Positions 35,994 through 44,874 of a stretch of DNA of 64,000 nt are shown piece after piece (positions within the stretch are counted from its first letter, which is position 1; each line of letters starts with the position of its first letter). The notes under the pieces were generated by a model, which saw only the letters and a program-made list of their open reading frames with translations, was not told where the DNA came from and searched no databases. Origin of the DNA: an uncultured delta proteobacterium (GTDB lineage: Bacteria > Myxococcota > Myxococcia > Myxococcales > Anaeromyxobacteraceae). The stretch spans positions 32,001 through 96,000 of the forward strand of contig CAWHDZ010000007.1 in the NCBI GenBank assembly GCA_963828255.1, read 5' to 3'. The position numbers and the translations under genes are program-made.

Positions 35994-36653
35994 ATGCCTC
36001 CAAGGAACCCTCCCGCCTCCCGGCGCCCGCGCGCGCGCGCCCGGGGAGCGCGGGTCCCCGGCCACGAGCGGGCCCACCCCGCCGCCGGAAACGACCTCAC
36101 CCCGGTCCTGGGGGCGAACCTGCGCCGCCTGCGCGGCCGCCGCAACCTCTCGCTGGAGAAGCTGGCCAAGCTCTCCGGCGTCTCCCGGGCCATGCTCGGG
36201 CAGATCGAGCTGGGGCAGAGCGCACCCACGGTGAACGTGCTGTGGAAGATCGGCACGGCGCTCGAGGTGCCCTTCAGCGCCCTGATCACCAGCCGCCCCA
36301 CCGCCTCCTTCCACGTCATGCGCGCCGACCAGGCCAAGCGGCTGGCCTCCTCCGACGGCACCTTCGTGTCGCGGGCGCTCTTCCCCTTCGACGAGCCGCG
36401 CCGGGTGGAGTTCTACGAGCTGCGGGTCGCGCCCGGCGGGGTCGAGCGGGCCGACCCCCACCCGCCCGGGACGGTGGAGAATCTCGTGGTGAGCCGCGGC
36501 GCCATGGAGATCGAGACCGGCGGCGGCACCCACGCGCTCGGCCCCGGCGACGCGGTGGTCTTCGAGGCCGACGCGCCCCACTCCTACCGGAACGCGGGCG
36601 ACGTCGAGGCGGTCCTGTACCTCGTCATGACCTACGCCGACACGGTGGGGTAG
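35994..36653 (+). CDS. XRE-family HTH/cupin regulator (SutR/YdcN-like)
   Basis: SGVSRAMLGQIELGQSAPTVNVLWKI; cupin HPPGTVE and FEADAPHSYRN. Confidence 0.9.
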   Translation: MPPRNPPASRRPRARARGARVPGHERAHPAAGNDLTPVLGANLRRLRGRRNLSLEKLAKLSGVSRAMLGQIELGQSAPTVNVLWKIGTALEVPFSALITSRPTASFHVMRADQAKRLASSDGTFVSRALFPFDEPRRVEFYELRVAPGGVERADPHPPGTVENLVVSRGAMEIETGGGTHALGPGDAVVFEADAPHSYRNAGDVEAVLYLVMTYADTVG

Positions 36654-36656
36654 GGG

Positions 36657-38057
36657 ATGGGGCGACCGACGCACGAGCTCCTGGTGGAGCGTGGCGTGGC
36701 TTCCCCGGAGGCGGTGGTGCGCGCCGAGGCCGCCGCCGAGAAGGGCGGCACCCGCCTCTGCAGCGAGCTGCTCGCCGCCGGAGAGGCGACCGAGGGGGCG
36801 CTGGTCGCGGTCCTGGCCGAGAGGCACGGATGGCCCGGGGTCGATCTCTCCCGCTCCGAGATCCTGGCCGACGCCCTCCGGCTCGTCCCGCCGCGGGTGG
36901 CGCTGGCCGACAACATCCTCCCGCTCTCCACCGAGGGCGGAAGGCTCCACCTGGCGGTGGCGGACCCCGACAGCGGGAACCGCGTGCTGGCCGAGGTCCG
37001 GTTCGTGACCGGGATGGAGATCTCCCCCTACGTCGCCGTGGCCGGCGCCCTGCGAAAGGCCATCGTGGCGGCCTACGACGGGCTCTCCCGGGACGTGCCG
37101 GCCTGGCGCGGGACCGAGGCCACTCCGGGGTGCGGCATCGCCTACTCCGCTCCGGTGGAGCTCTCTCTCCCGGAGGGCGACGAGGTGATCATCGTCGTGG
37201 ACGACGACGATCATGGGGCGCACGCCGCCCGTCACGACGTGATCGTGCCCGATGCTCCGGGCGGGCTTCCCGAGGCCCGGCCCGACCTCTCCGGCGACGC
37301 GCGGCGGATCCTGGTGGTGGACGACGAACCAGAGATCCGAACGTTGCTCGAGCGGGCGCTCTCGGCCCGCGGCTTTACGGTGGAGACCGCGCCCGACGGC
37401 GAGGAGGGGCTGGCGCGCATCGCCTCCCACCCACCCGCGCTCGTGCTCCTCGACGCGATGCTCCCGCGCATCCACGGCTTCGAGGTGGCCCGCCGGCTGC
37501 GCGCCGACACCCGCACCCGGGACCTCCCGGTGATCATGATGACCGCCGTGTACCGCGGCTGGCGCTTCGCCCAGGACGCCCGGGACGCCTACGGCGCCGA
37601 GGACTACATCGAGAAGCCCTTCCGGATCGACGACGTGGTCCGGCGCATCGACGCGGTTCTCGAGGCGACGGCGACCCGCGGGCCGGTGAAGCCCTCCGGG
37701 GGAGACCTCATGGTCCGCCGGGGGAAGGAGCTCCTGCTCGCCGGACGCCTCGACGCCGCCGCGGCTGCGCTCCAGGAGGCCATCGCGGCCGATCCCTTCG
37801 CCGCCGAGGCCCACCACCAGCTGGCGAAGACGCTGCGGGCCCAGGGCGAGCACTTCCGCGCCATGACCTCCTTCGAGCGGGCGGTCGAGCTCCGGGCCGA
37901 CTTCTTCCCGGCCCTGCGCAGCCTGGCCGCGCTCTACGCAGAGAAGGGCTTCCGCCGGAAGGCCGTCGAGACCCTGGAACGCGCGCTGGTCGCCGCGCCC
38001 GACCCGGTGGCCCGTGACGCGGTCCGCTCGGACCTGCTCGACCTGCTCGAGGCGTAG
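36657..38057 (+). CDS. MshEN/GSPII-N-like + receiver + TPR protein
   Basis: N-terminal PilB/GspE-N-like region (LHLAVADP); ILVVDDE, LLDAMLP, IEKPF; C-terminal TPR-like helices. Confidence 0.85.
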   Translation: MGRPTHELLVERGVASPEAVVRAEAAAEKGGTRLCSELLAAGEATEGALVAVLAERHGWPGVDLSRSEILADALRLVPPRVALADNILPLSTEGGRLHLAVADPDSGNRVLAEVRFVTGMEISPYVAVAGALRKAIVAAYDGLSRDVPAWRGTEATPGCGIAYSAPVELSLPEGDEVIIVVDDDDHGAHAARHDVIVPDAPGGLPEARPDLSGDARRILVVDDEPEIRTLLERALSARGFTVETAPDGEEGLARIASHPPALVLLDAMLPRIHGFEVARRLRADTRTRDLPVIMMTAVYRGWRFAQDARDAYGAEDYIEKPFRIDDVVRRIDAVLEATATRGPVKPSGGDLMVRRGKELLLAGRLDAAAAALQEAIAADPFAAEAHHQLAKTLRAQGEHFRAMTSFERAVELRADFFPALRSLAALYAEKGFRRKAVETLERALVAAPDPVARDAVRSDLLDLLEA

Positions 38058-38090
38058 CGAAGCATCCGGGCCAGGGGGCCGACAAGGCGA

Positions 38091-38120
38091 CGGCGGCGCC
38101 CCCGGACGAGGGCGCCGCCG
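38091..38120. terminator. hairpin between convergent genes
   Basis: 11-bp perfect stem CGGCGGCGCCC/GGGCGCCGCCG; weak U-tract. Confidence 0.6.
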
Positions 38121-38148
38121 TGTGCGGCTATCTGGTCGAACGACGCTG

Positions 38149-39543
38149 CTAGGACTTCGAGTACGCCGGAACCGTGGCCACGCCGGGGGACGGGCGTCCC
38201 GCGTCGGGCATGAAGCTCGAGTCGTTGTGGGAGGCCTGGAAGTCGGGGTAGGCCGACGCGCCGTGCTCCGCGAGGTCGAGCCCCTCCATCTCCTCCTCCG
38301 CCGTGACCCGCATGCCGATCACGGCGTCGATGATCTTGAAGAGGATCATCCCGGTCCCGAAGGCCCACACGAAGGCCGTACCGATGCCGAGCAACTGCAC
38401 GCCGACCTGGCCCCAGGAGAACCCAGCCGCGTTGAAGAGGCCGGCCGCGAGGGTTCCCCAGGCGCCGTTCACGCCGTGCACCGAGATCGCGCCGACCGGG
38501 TCGTCGACCTTGATCTTGTCGAAGAAGAGGACCGAGAGGACCACCAGCACGCCGCCGATGAGGCCGATGACGACGGCCGAGGCGGCGGAGACGTTGGCGC
38601 AGCCCGCGGTGATGGCCACCAGGCCGGCCAGCGCGCCGTTCAAGGTCATGCCGATATCGGGCTTCTTGTACTTGAGCCAGGTGAAGAGCATGGCGCTCGT
38701 CGCGCCGGCGGCGCCGGCCAGCGTCGTGAGGACCGCGATGGAGGCGATGTTCGGCGTGCCGGTGGTGGTGGAGCCCGGGTTGAAGCCGTACCAGCCGAAC
38801 CAGAGGAGGAACACGCCCAGCGAGGCGAGCGTCATGGAGTGGCCCGGGATCGGACGCATGCGGCCGTCGGCCAGGTACTTGCCGATGCGCGGGCCGACGA
38901 CGATGGCGCCTGCAAGCGCGAGCCAGCCGCCGATGGAGTGGACGACCGTCGATCCGGCGAAGTCGATGAAGCCCTTCAGCTCGAGCCAGCCCTTGGCCCC
39001 GTCGCCGTGGAAGAGACCGCCCCAGGCCCACTTCCCGAAGATGGGATAGATGACGAGCGAGACGACCACCGAGTAGACGATGTAGGCGGAGAACTTGGTC
39101 CGCTCCGCGACAGCGCCAGAGATGATGGTCGCGGCGGTGGCGGCGAAGACGACCTGGAACATCCAGAAGGCGAAGGTCCAGTTCTCGGTGCCGGCCCGGC
39201 CCACGAAGAAGTCCCCGGTGCCGAACCAGCCGTTCGAGGTGACCCCGAACATGAGGCCGAAGCCGACCGCCCAGTAGGCGAGCGAGCCGACCGCGAAGTC
39301 CATCAGGTTCTTCATCATGATGTTGCAGGCGTTCTTCGCCCGGGTGAGTCCGGTCTCGACCATGGCGAAGCCGGCCTGCATGAGGAAGACGAGAAAGGCG
39401 GCGATCATGATCCAGACGAAGTCGAGGTTCTTCTGGACGGTCTGGACGGTGGGAGCGGCGTCTTCGGCGAGGGCGATTGCGGGCAGGGCCAAGGCCAGGG
39501 CCATGCCCGCGGCGGCGGCGAGGGTGCTCTTCCAGCGTCTCAT
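38149..39543 (-). CDS. amtB: ammonium transporter
   Basis: FLMQAGFAMVE, DFAGSTVVH, LWFGWYGFN, DDPVGAISVH; cleavable signal peptide; GGAGG RBS. Confidence 0.96.
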   Translation of the reverse strand: MRRWKSTLAAAAGMALALALPAIALAEDAAPTVQTVQKNLDFVWIMIAAFLVFLMQAGFAMVETGLTRAKNACNIMMKNLMDFAVGSLAYWAVGFGLMFGVTSNGWFGTGDFFVGRAGTENWTFAFWMFQVVFAATAATIISGAVAERTKFSAYIVYSVVVSLVIYPIFGKWAWGGLFHGDGAKGWLELKGFIDFAGSTVVHSIGGWLALAGAIVVGPRIGKYLADGRMRPIPGHSMTLASLGVFLLWFGWYGFNPGSTTTGTPNIASIAVLTTLAGAAGATSAMLFTWLKYKKPDIGMTLNGALAGLVAITAGCANVSAASAVVIGLIGGVLVVLSVLFFDKIKVDDPVGAISVHGVNGAWGTLAAGLFNAAGFSWGQVGVQLLGIGTAFVWAFGTGMILFKIIDAVIGMRVTAEEEMEGLDLAEHGASAYPDFQASHNDSSFMPDAGRPSPGVATVPAYSKS

Positions 39544-39613
39544 GGTGCGGAGTCCTCCAGAGTTTGGGTTGCAGGCAGCACGGGCTCCTCGCCAGCGCTT
39601 CTTCCGAGTCCCT

Positions 39614-39630
39614 ATCCACGGAGCGTGCCA
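39614..39630 (-). promoter_or_regulatory. putative sigma54 promoter of amtB
   Basis: TGGCACGCTCCGTGGAT: perfect -24 element, but GG instead of GC at -12. Confidence 0.45.
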
Positions 39631-39744
39631 ACCGATCGGCTGCCGAGGATTCAAGGCCAGTCCGCTCGACCAAGGGCTCGATCCGGCCCCACCTGCTCGA
39701 CGCCCGAGCAGCCCCCTGCTCCGTGCCGACGCACGCGCGGTCTC

Positions 39745-39759
39745 GCCCCATGGTCGTGC
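39745..39759. promoter_or_regulatory. putative NtrC-type enhancer site
   Basis: GCCCCA-N3-TCGTGC versus consensus GCACCA-N3-TGGTGC (10/12). Confidence 0.4.
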
Positions 39760-39818
39760 CTCGGGCAATCCGGCCCATGCGCCGCGGATCGGGGCACGTC
39801 GCGGCACGAGATGGCGAC

Positions 39819-39834
39819 AGGCACACCCGGTGCA
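39819..39834 (+). promoter_or_regulatory. putative sigma54 promoter divergent from amtB
   Basis: AGGCACACCCGGTGCA with exact GG-N10-GC spacing. Confidence 0.45.
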
Positions 39835-39844
39835 AGCCATACGG

Positions 39845-39951
39845 CGCGACGGTAACGACCGCGACGGTCGCCACCGTTGTGGGGCGGTAGCGAACCCGTC
39901 GAGGACAGGGGGGCGCCGGCGGATCCGAGCCCGCCGGCGCCCTTCGCTTGT
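39845..39951 (+). ncRNA. candidate small RNA (or attenuated leader)
   Basis: Starts at the predicted sigma54 +1; stem-loops at 39846-39880 and ~39883-39900; terminator-like hairpin at 39911-39942. Confidence 0.4.
39911..39951 (+). terminator. terminator-like hairpin inside a divergent intergenic region
   Basis: 12-bp perfect stem GGGCGCCGGCGG/CCGCCGGCGCCC followed by TTCGCTTGT. Confidence 0.6.
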
Positions 39952-40031
39952 CCCGGGAGGGGCGCACGCGCCCCGGACGTCCACGCGGCGTCTCCCGGGC
40001 CCGGGTGTAGGATCGTGCGAGGAGCACGACC

Positions 40032-41318
40032 CTGGACCCGTACGAACCCCTCCTCTCGCTCGGCCTGGCCGTCGTCGCCGGCCTCCTCATCGGCCTGGAG
40101 CGCGAGCAGTCGGCGCCCGCCGACAAGGGGCCCGAGTCGTTCCTGGGGGGAGCCCGGACCTATCCGCTGGTGGCCTTGACGGGGGCGATCGCGGGCCTGC
40201 TCGGCCGGGAGTTCGGGGCGCCGGTCGTGGTGGCGTCCTTCGCGGCGTTGGTGGTCTTCCTGGCCGTGGCCTATGTGGACGTGGTCCGGCGCGGGGCCGA
40301 CCGCGGCATCACCTCGGAGGCGGCCTTCCTCATCACCTTCCTGCTCGGCGCCCTCTCGGTGGCCCACGGCATCATCCCGCAGGGCGGGCGGCGGGTCTTC
40401 ACGGTCCTGGGCGCGGCGGTGGCGGTGACCGCGCTCCTCTCCTCGAAGCCGGTGGTCCAGCCACTCATCCGGCGGCTCTCCCGGGAGGACGTGGTCAGCG
40501 TCCTCAAGTTCCTCATCGTCGCGCTCCTGCTCGTGCCCTGGCTCCCCGACCGGGACTTCGGCCCGCTGGGTTCGCTCAACCTCCGGACCATCGGCTGGAT
40601 GATGCTGCTCGTGGCCGGGGTCAGCTTCGTCGGCTACGCGGCGACGCGCCTGCTCGGGCCCGAGCGCGGACTCACCGTGACCGGGTTCGTGGGAGGACTT
40701 GTCTCCTCCACCGCGGTCACGCTCGCCATGTCGTCCCGCTCGAAGGGCAATCCGGCCATGGAGCGGCCGGCGGCCCTGGCCGTCGTCCTGGCCTCCTCGA
40801 TCGTCTTCGTGCGCGTGCTGGTGGTGGTGGCCTTCGTGGACTTCAAGCTGGCCACGGCGCTCGCCGTTCCCATGCTGGCGATGGCCGTCGTGGGGCTCGG
40901 CGCCTGCGCCTTCCTCTACCGGCGCTCCGCCGCCCTGGGGCCCGCCGAGCCCCTGCACCTCAAGAACCCGGTCAACCTCTCCTCGGCCTTCGAGTTCGCG
41001 CTCATCTTCGCCGCCGTGATGGCCGGCTCCAAGCTGGCCAGCCACTACCTGGGGTCGGCGGGTGTGTACGCCGCCGCGCTGGTCGCCGGCACCGCCGACA
41101 TGGACGCCATCGCCCTCTCCATGGCCGAGATGGCCGGCGAACAGGTCCCGATCGCGGTGGGGGCGACGGCGGTCGTGCTGGCCGGCTTCTCCAACACGGT
41201 CGTGAAGGGCGGCATGGCGGTGGCGCTGGGCAGCTGGGGCTACGCCCGCATCGTCGTCGTGAGCTTCGCCGCCATCCTGGCCGCCGGGGGGCTCTCGCTC
41301 CTCGCCGTATGGAGGTAG
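40032..41318 (+). CDS. MgtC/SapB-DUF4010 membrane protein
   Basis: GLLIGLERE, GARTYPL, GITSE, GGLVSSTAVT; probable CTG start after a GAGGAG RBS. Confidence 0.85.
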   Translation: MDPYEPLLSLGLAVVAGLLIGLEREQSAPADKGPESFLGGARTYPLVALTGAIAGLLGREFGAPVVVASFAALVVFLAVAYVDVVRRGADRGITSEAAFLITFLLGALSVAHGIIPQGGRRVFTVLGAAVAVTALLSSKPVVQPLIRRLSREDVVSVLKFLIVALLLVPWLPDRDFGPLGSLNLRTIGWMMLLVAGVSFVGYAATRLLGPERGLTVTGFVGGLVSSTAVTLAMSSRSKGNPAMERPAALAVVLASSIVFVRVLVVVAFVDFKLATALAVPMLAMAVVGLGACAFLYRRSAALGPAEPLHLKNPVNLSSAFEFALIFAAVMAGSKLASHYLGSAGVYAAALVAGTADMDAIALSMAEMAGEQVPIAVGATAVVLAGFSNTVVKGGMAVALGSWGYARIVVVSFAAILAAGGLSLLAVWR

Positions 41319-41327
41319 TCTCGGGGC

Positions 41328-42803
41328 GTGCCCACCGGCGAGCCCTTCAGCACCGCGCTCCTCCTCACCACCGGTGGAATCCTCCTGGCCGCGAGCGTGC
41401 TCTTCTCGGGGGCGACGCGCCGCCTGGGGATGCCGGTGGGGCTGGTCTTCGTGGCCATCGGCATGCTCGCCGGCCGCGAGGGGCTGGGGATCTCCTTCGA
41501 CGACTACGCCTTCGCCTGGCGCCTGGGCACGGTGGCGCTGGCCCTCATCCTCTTCGACGGCGGGCTCAACACGCCGGTGGCCTCCTTCCGGGTGGCGCTG
41601 GCGCCGGCCGCGGTGCTGTCCACGGCGGGCGTGCTGGCCACGGCCGGGCTGGTGGGCGCCTTCGCCCGGCTGCTCGGCCTCCCCTGGGAGCAGGCCCTGT
41701 TGCTCGGGGCCATCGTCTCCTCCACCGACGCGGCGGCCGTCTTCTCCATCCTCCGGTCGAGCGGCATCAAGCTGAAGCGCAGGGTGGGGGCCACCCTGGA
41801 GCTCGAGTCGGGGCTCAACGACCCGATGGCGGTGATCCTCACCGAGGCCCTCACCTCCCAGCTCGTCACCGGGCGTCCGCTGGGGTGGCGCACCGCCGTC
41901 GAGGTGGTGCTCAAGCTCGCGGTGGGGCTCCTGGCCGGGCTCGCCATCGGCTGGGCCGGGCGCTGGGTCCTCTCCCGGGTGCGCCTCCCGGTGGGCGGGC
42001 TCTACCCGGTGCTCACCACCGCCATCGCGCTGCTGGCCTTCGGCGTCCCCGAGCTCCTCCACGGGAGCGGTTTCCTCTCCGTGTACATCGCCGCGGTGCT
42101 CATCGGCAACGGACCGCTGCCCTTCAAGGGCGGGGTGCTCCACGCCCACGACGCCGGGGCCTGGTTCCTCCAGGTCTGCATGTTCCTCGTGCTCGGCCTG
42201 CTGGGATCTCCGTCGAGCCTGCTGGCGAGCGGGCTCACTGGCGTGGCGCTGGGGCTGTTCCTGCTCCTGGCCCGGCCGCTGGTGGTGATCCCCATGCTGG
42301 CCCTCTTCGGCTTCCGCTGGCCCGAGCAGCTCTACGTGGGATGGGTCGGCCTGCGGGGGGCCGTGCCCATCATCCTCGCCATGGTGCCGGTGATGGCCGG
42401 GGCGCCCGGCGCCGACGTCATCTGGAACGCGGTCTTCTTCGTCGTGCTGGTGAACATCACCGTGCTCGGCTTCACCGCCGGTCGGGGGGCGCGGCAGCTC
42501 GACCTCCAGGCGTCCCGGCCGCCGCCCCCGCACGGGCTCATCGAGATCTCGTCGAGCCGGCCGCTCGACGCCGAGATCGAGGTCTTCTACGTGGACCCCG
42601 CCTCGGCGGTGGCGGGCTCGACGCTGGCCGACCTTCCGCCGTTCCCGGCCGGATCGGCGGTGCTCATGGTGCTGCGCGGCGACGACCTCCTCACCGCCCG
42701 CGGCTCCACCGTCCTCGAGCCCGGCGACCACGTCTACGTGCTCACCCGGGCCGAGGACGCGGGCTTCGTCCACCTGCTGTTCGGGGAGGCCGAGCAGGCA
42801 TGA
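41328..42803 (+). CDS. potassium/proton antiporter (NhaP2/CvrA-like) with TrkA-C domain
   Basis: ILFDGGL, SSTDAAAVF, ESGLNDP, WVGLRGAVPI. Confidence 0.92.
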   Translation: MPTGEPFSTALLLTTGGILLAASVLFSGATRRLGMPVGLVFVAIGMLAGREGLGISFDDYAFAWRLGTVALALILFDGGLNTPVASFRVALAPAAVLSTAGVLATAGLVGAFARLLGLPWEQALLLGAIVSSTDAAAVFSILRSSGIKLKRRVGATLELESGLNDPMAVILTEALTSQLVTGRPLGWRTAVEVVLKLAVGLLAGLAIGWAGRWVLSRVRLPVGGLYPVLTTAIALLAFGVPELLHGSGFLSVYIAAVLIGNGPLPFKGGVLHAHDAGAWFLQVCMFLVLGLLGSPSSLLASGLTGVALGLFLLLARPLVVIPMLALFGFRWPEQLYVGWVGLRGAVPIILAMVPVMAGAPGADVIWNAVFFVVLVNITVLGFTAGRGARQLDLQASRPPPPHGLIEISSSRPLDAEIEVFYVDPASAVAGSTLADLPPFPAGSAVLMVLRGDDLLTARGSTVLEPGDHVYVLTRAEDAGFVHLLFGEAEQA

Positions 42804-42839
42804 CGGCGGCCCCCGGTCCTCCGTGATAGGAAGGACCGC

Positions 42840-43442
42840 ATGAAACTCTTCTACGTTCCGAAGACCCGGGCCACGCGCCCGCGGTGGGTTCTCGAGGAGC
42901 TCGGCGTTCCCTACGAGCTCATCCGGCTCCAGGCCGGCCCGGCGGGCACCCGAGGTCCGGAGCACCTGGCGCGCAATCCGCTCGGCCACGTCCCGGTCCT
43001 GGAGGACCGCGGCCAGTTCGTCTTCGAGTCGGGCGCCATCTGCATGCACCTCGCCGATCTCTTCCCGGAGAGCCGGCTCATGCCCCCTCCGGGGACGGTG
43101 GACCGTGCCCACGCCTACCAGTGGGTGCTGTTCTCGCTGACGGAGATGGAGCCGCCCCTCATCGAGCTCTCGGCCGAGGCCAAGAAGCCCGACGTCGAGA
43201 GGAACGCATCGGTGAGCGCCGGGGCGCGGGAGCGCTTCGCGAAGGTGGTCGACCTGCTCGAGGCCGTGCTCCGGGATCGAAGGTACCTGGTGGGCGACGC
43301 CTTCGGTGTGGCCGACGTCATGGTGGGTGCCACGCTGGCCTGGGCCCGGTCCATGAAGCTCGTCGAGGCCAGGCCGTCGCTGGAGGGTTACCTCTCGCGG
43401 CTTCGCGAGCGCCCGGCCTGGCAGCGGGCGCTGGCCGACTGA
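42840..43442 (+). CDS. glutathione S-transferase family protein
   Basis: WVLEELG, NPLGHVPVL, ESGAI, FGVADV. Confidence 0.92.
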   Translation: MKLFYVPKTRATRPRWVLEELGVPYELIRLQAGPAGTRGPEHLARNPLGHVPVLEDRGQFVFESGAICMHLADLFPESRLMPPPGTVDRAHAYQWVLFSLTEMEPPLIELSAEAKKPDVERNASVSAGARERFAKVVDLLEAVLRDRRYLVGDAFGVADVMVGATLAWARSMKLVEARPSLEGYLSRLRERPAWQRALAD

Positions 43443-43487
43443 CCGGAGGATGCTAGGATCCTCCCTCGAGGGGGAGGGGGTTCGCCA

Positions 43488-43907
43488 ATGAGCTGGTGGA
43501 TGTGGGTGCTTCTCGGCGTGGTGCTGCTCGTCGTCGAGATCGTCACGCCGGCGGGGCTGTTCGCGCTCTTCTTCGGCGCCTCGGCGATCCTCGTCGGCGG
43601 CCTGGTGGCCCTGGGCGTGGACGCCCCCTGGCTTCAGTGGTTGCTCTTCGCCGGCCTCGGCGTGGTGCTGCTCGCAGCCCTGCGGCGCAGGCTCCGAACC
43701 CGGATGACCGGGGATCCCGCGGTGGACGGTCTCCAGGGTGAGCTGGCCATTCCCCAGGAGGATCTGGCCCCCGGTGCGACCGGCAGGGCCGAGCTCCGCG
43801 GCGCCCCCTGGACCGCCATCAACGACGGCGGCACGGCGCTCCGCCGTGGCCAGCGCTGCCGGGTCTTCCGCGCCGAGAACCTGACCATCTACATCCGGCC
43901 TGAGTGA
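43488..43907 (+). CDS. NfeD family protein
   Basis: N-terminal TMs, GRAELRGAPWTA; directly upstream of an SPFH gene. Confidence 0.88.
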   Translation: MSWWMWVLLGVVLLVVEIVTPAGLFALFFGASAILVGGLVALGVDAPWLQWLLFAGLGVVLLAALRRRLRTRMTGDPAVDGLQGELAIPQEDLAPGATGRAELRGAPWTAINDGGTALRRGQRCRVFRAENLTIYIRPE

Positions 43908-43917
43908 GGGGAAACGC

Positions 43918-44871
43918 ATGAGCACCCTGGCAGTCGTCATCGTCGTCGCCGTCTTCGTGGTCTTCGTGGTCTTGAAGACGGCCGTGGTCGTGCCGCAGCA
44001 GAGCGCGTTCGTTGTGGAGCGGCTGGGGCGCTTCAACGGCGTGCTCACCGCCGGCTTCCACGTGCTCTTCCCCTTCATCGACGTGGTCCGCTACAGGCAC
44101 ACCTTGAAGGAGCAGGCGGTCGACATCCCGGAGCAGGTCTGCATCACCCGCGACAACGTCCAGGTCCACGTCGACGGCGTCCTCTACCTCCAGGTCATGG
44201 ACGCCCAGCGGGCCAGCTACGGCATCGCCGACTACCACTTCGCCATCAGCCAGCTGGCCCAGACCACGCTCCGCTCCGAGGTCGGCAAGATCGACCTCGA
44301 CAAGACCTTCGAGGAGCGCACCCACGTGAACACCCAGGTGGTCAACGAGCTCGACAAGGCCACCGTCCCGTGGGGCATCAAGGTGCTGCGCTACGAGCTC
44401 AAGAACATCACGCCGCCCCAGGACGTGCTGGCCGCCATGGAGAAGCAGATGCGCGCCGAGCGGGAGAAGCGCGCGGTCATCCTCTCCTCCGAGGGCGAGC
44501 GCGACGCGGCCATCAACACCGCCGAGGGGCGCAAGCAGCAGGTCATCAAGGAGTCGGAGGCCTTTCGCCAGCAGCAGATCAACGAGGCCGACGGGCAGTC
44601 CCAGGCGATTCTTCAGATCGCGGTGGCCACGGCCGAGGGAATCCGCAAGGTGGCCGAGGCAGTCTCCCACCAGGGCGGGGTGGAGGCCCTCCAGCTCCGC
44701 GTGGCCGAGCAGTGGGTGAAGGAATTCGGAAATCTCGCCAAGGCCGGCAACACCCTGGTCATTCCGGCCAACCTCTCCGACGTCGCCTCCATGGTGGCGC
44801 TCGCCATGAAGGTGGCGCGCCAGGAGGACGTGCTTCCCACCTCGCCGGTTCCCCGCGCGCCCGCGCGCTGA
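43918..44871 (+). CDS. SPFH/stomatin-like protein (QmcA/paraslipin)
   Basis: VVERLGRF, ITRDNV, AQTTLRSEVG, QMRAEREKRA. Confidence 0.94.
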   Translation: MSTLAVVIVVAVFVVFVVLKTAVVVPQQSAFVVERLGRFNGVLTAGFHVLFPFIDVVRYRHTLKEQAVDIPEQVCITRDNVQVHVDGVLYLQVMDAQRASYGIADYHFAISQLAQTTLRSEVGKIDLDKTFEERTHVNTQVVNELDKATVPWGIKVLRYELKNITPPQDVLAAMEKQMRAEREKRAVILSSEGERDAAINTAEGRKQQVIKESEAFRQQQINEADGQSQAILQIAVATAEGIRKVAEAVSHQGGVEALQLRVAEQWVKEFGNLAKAGNTLVIPANLSDVASMVALAMKVARQEDVLPTSPVPRAPAR

Positions 44872-44874
44872 CCG

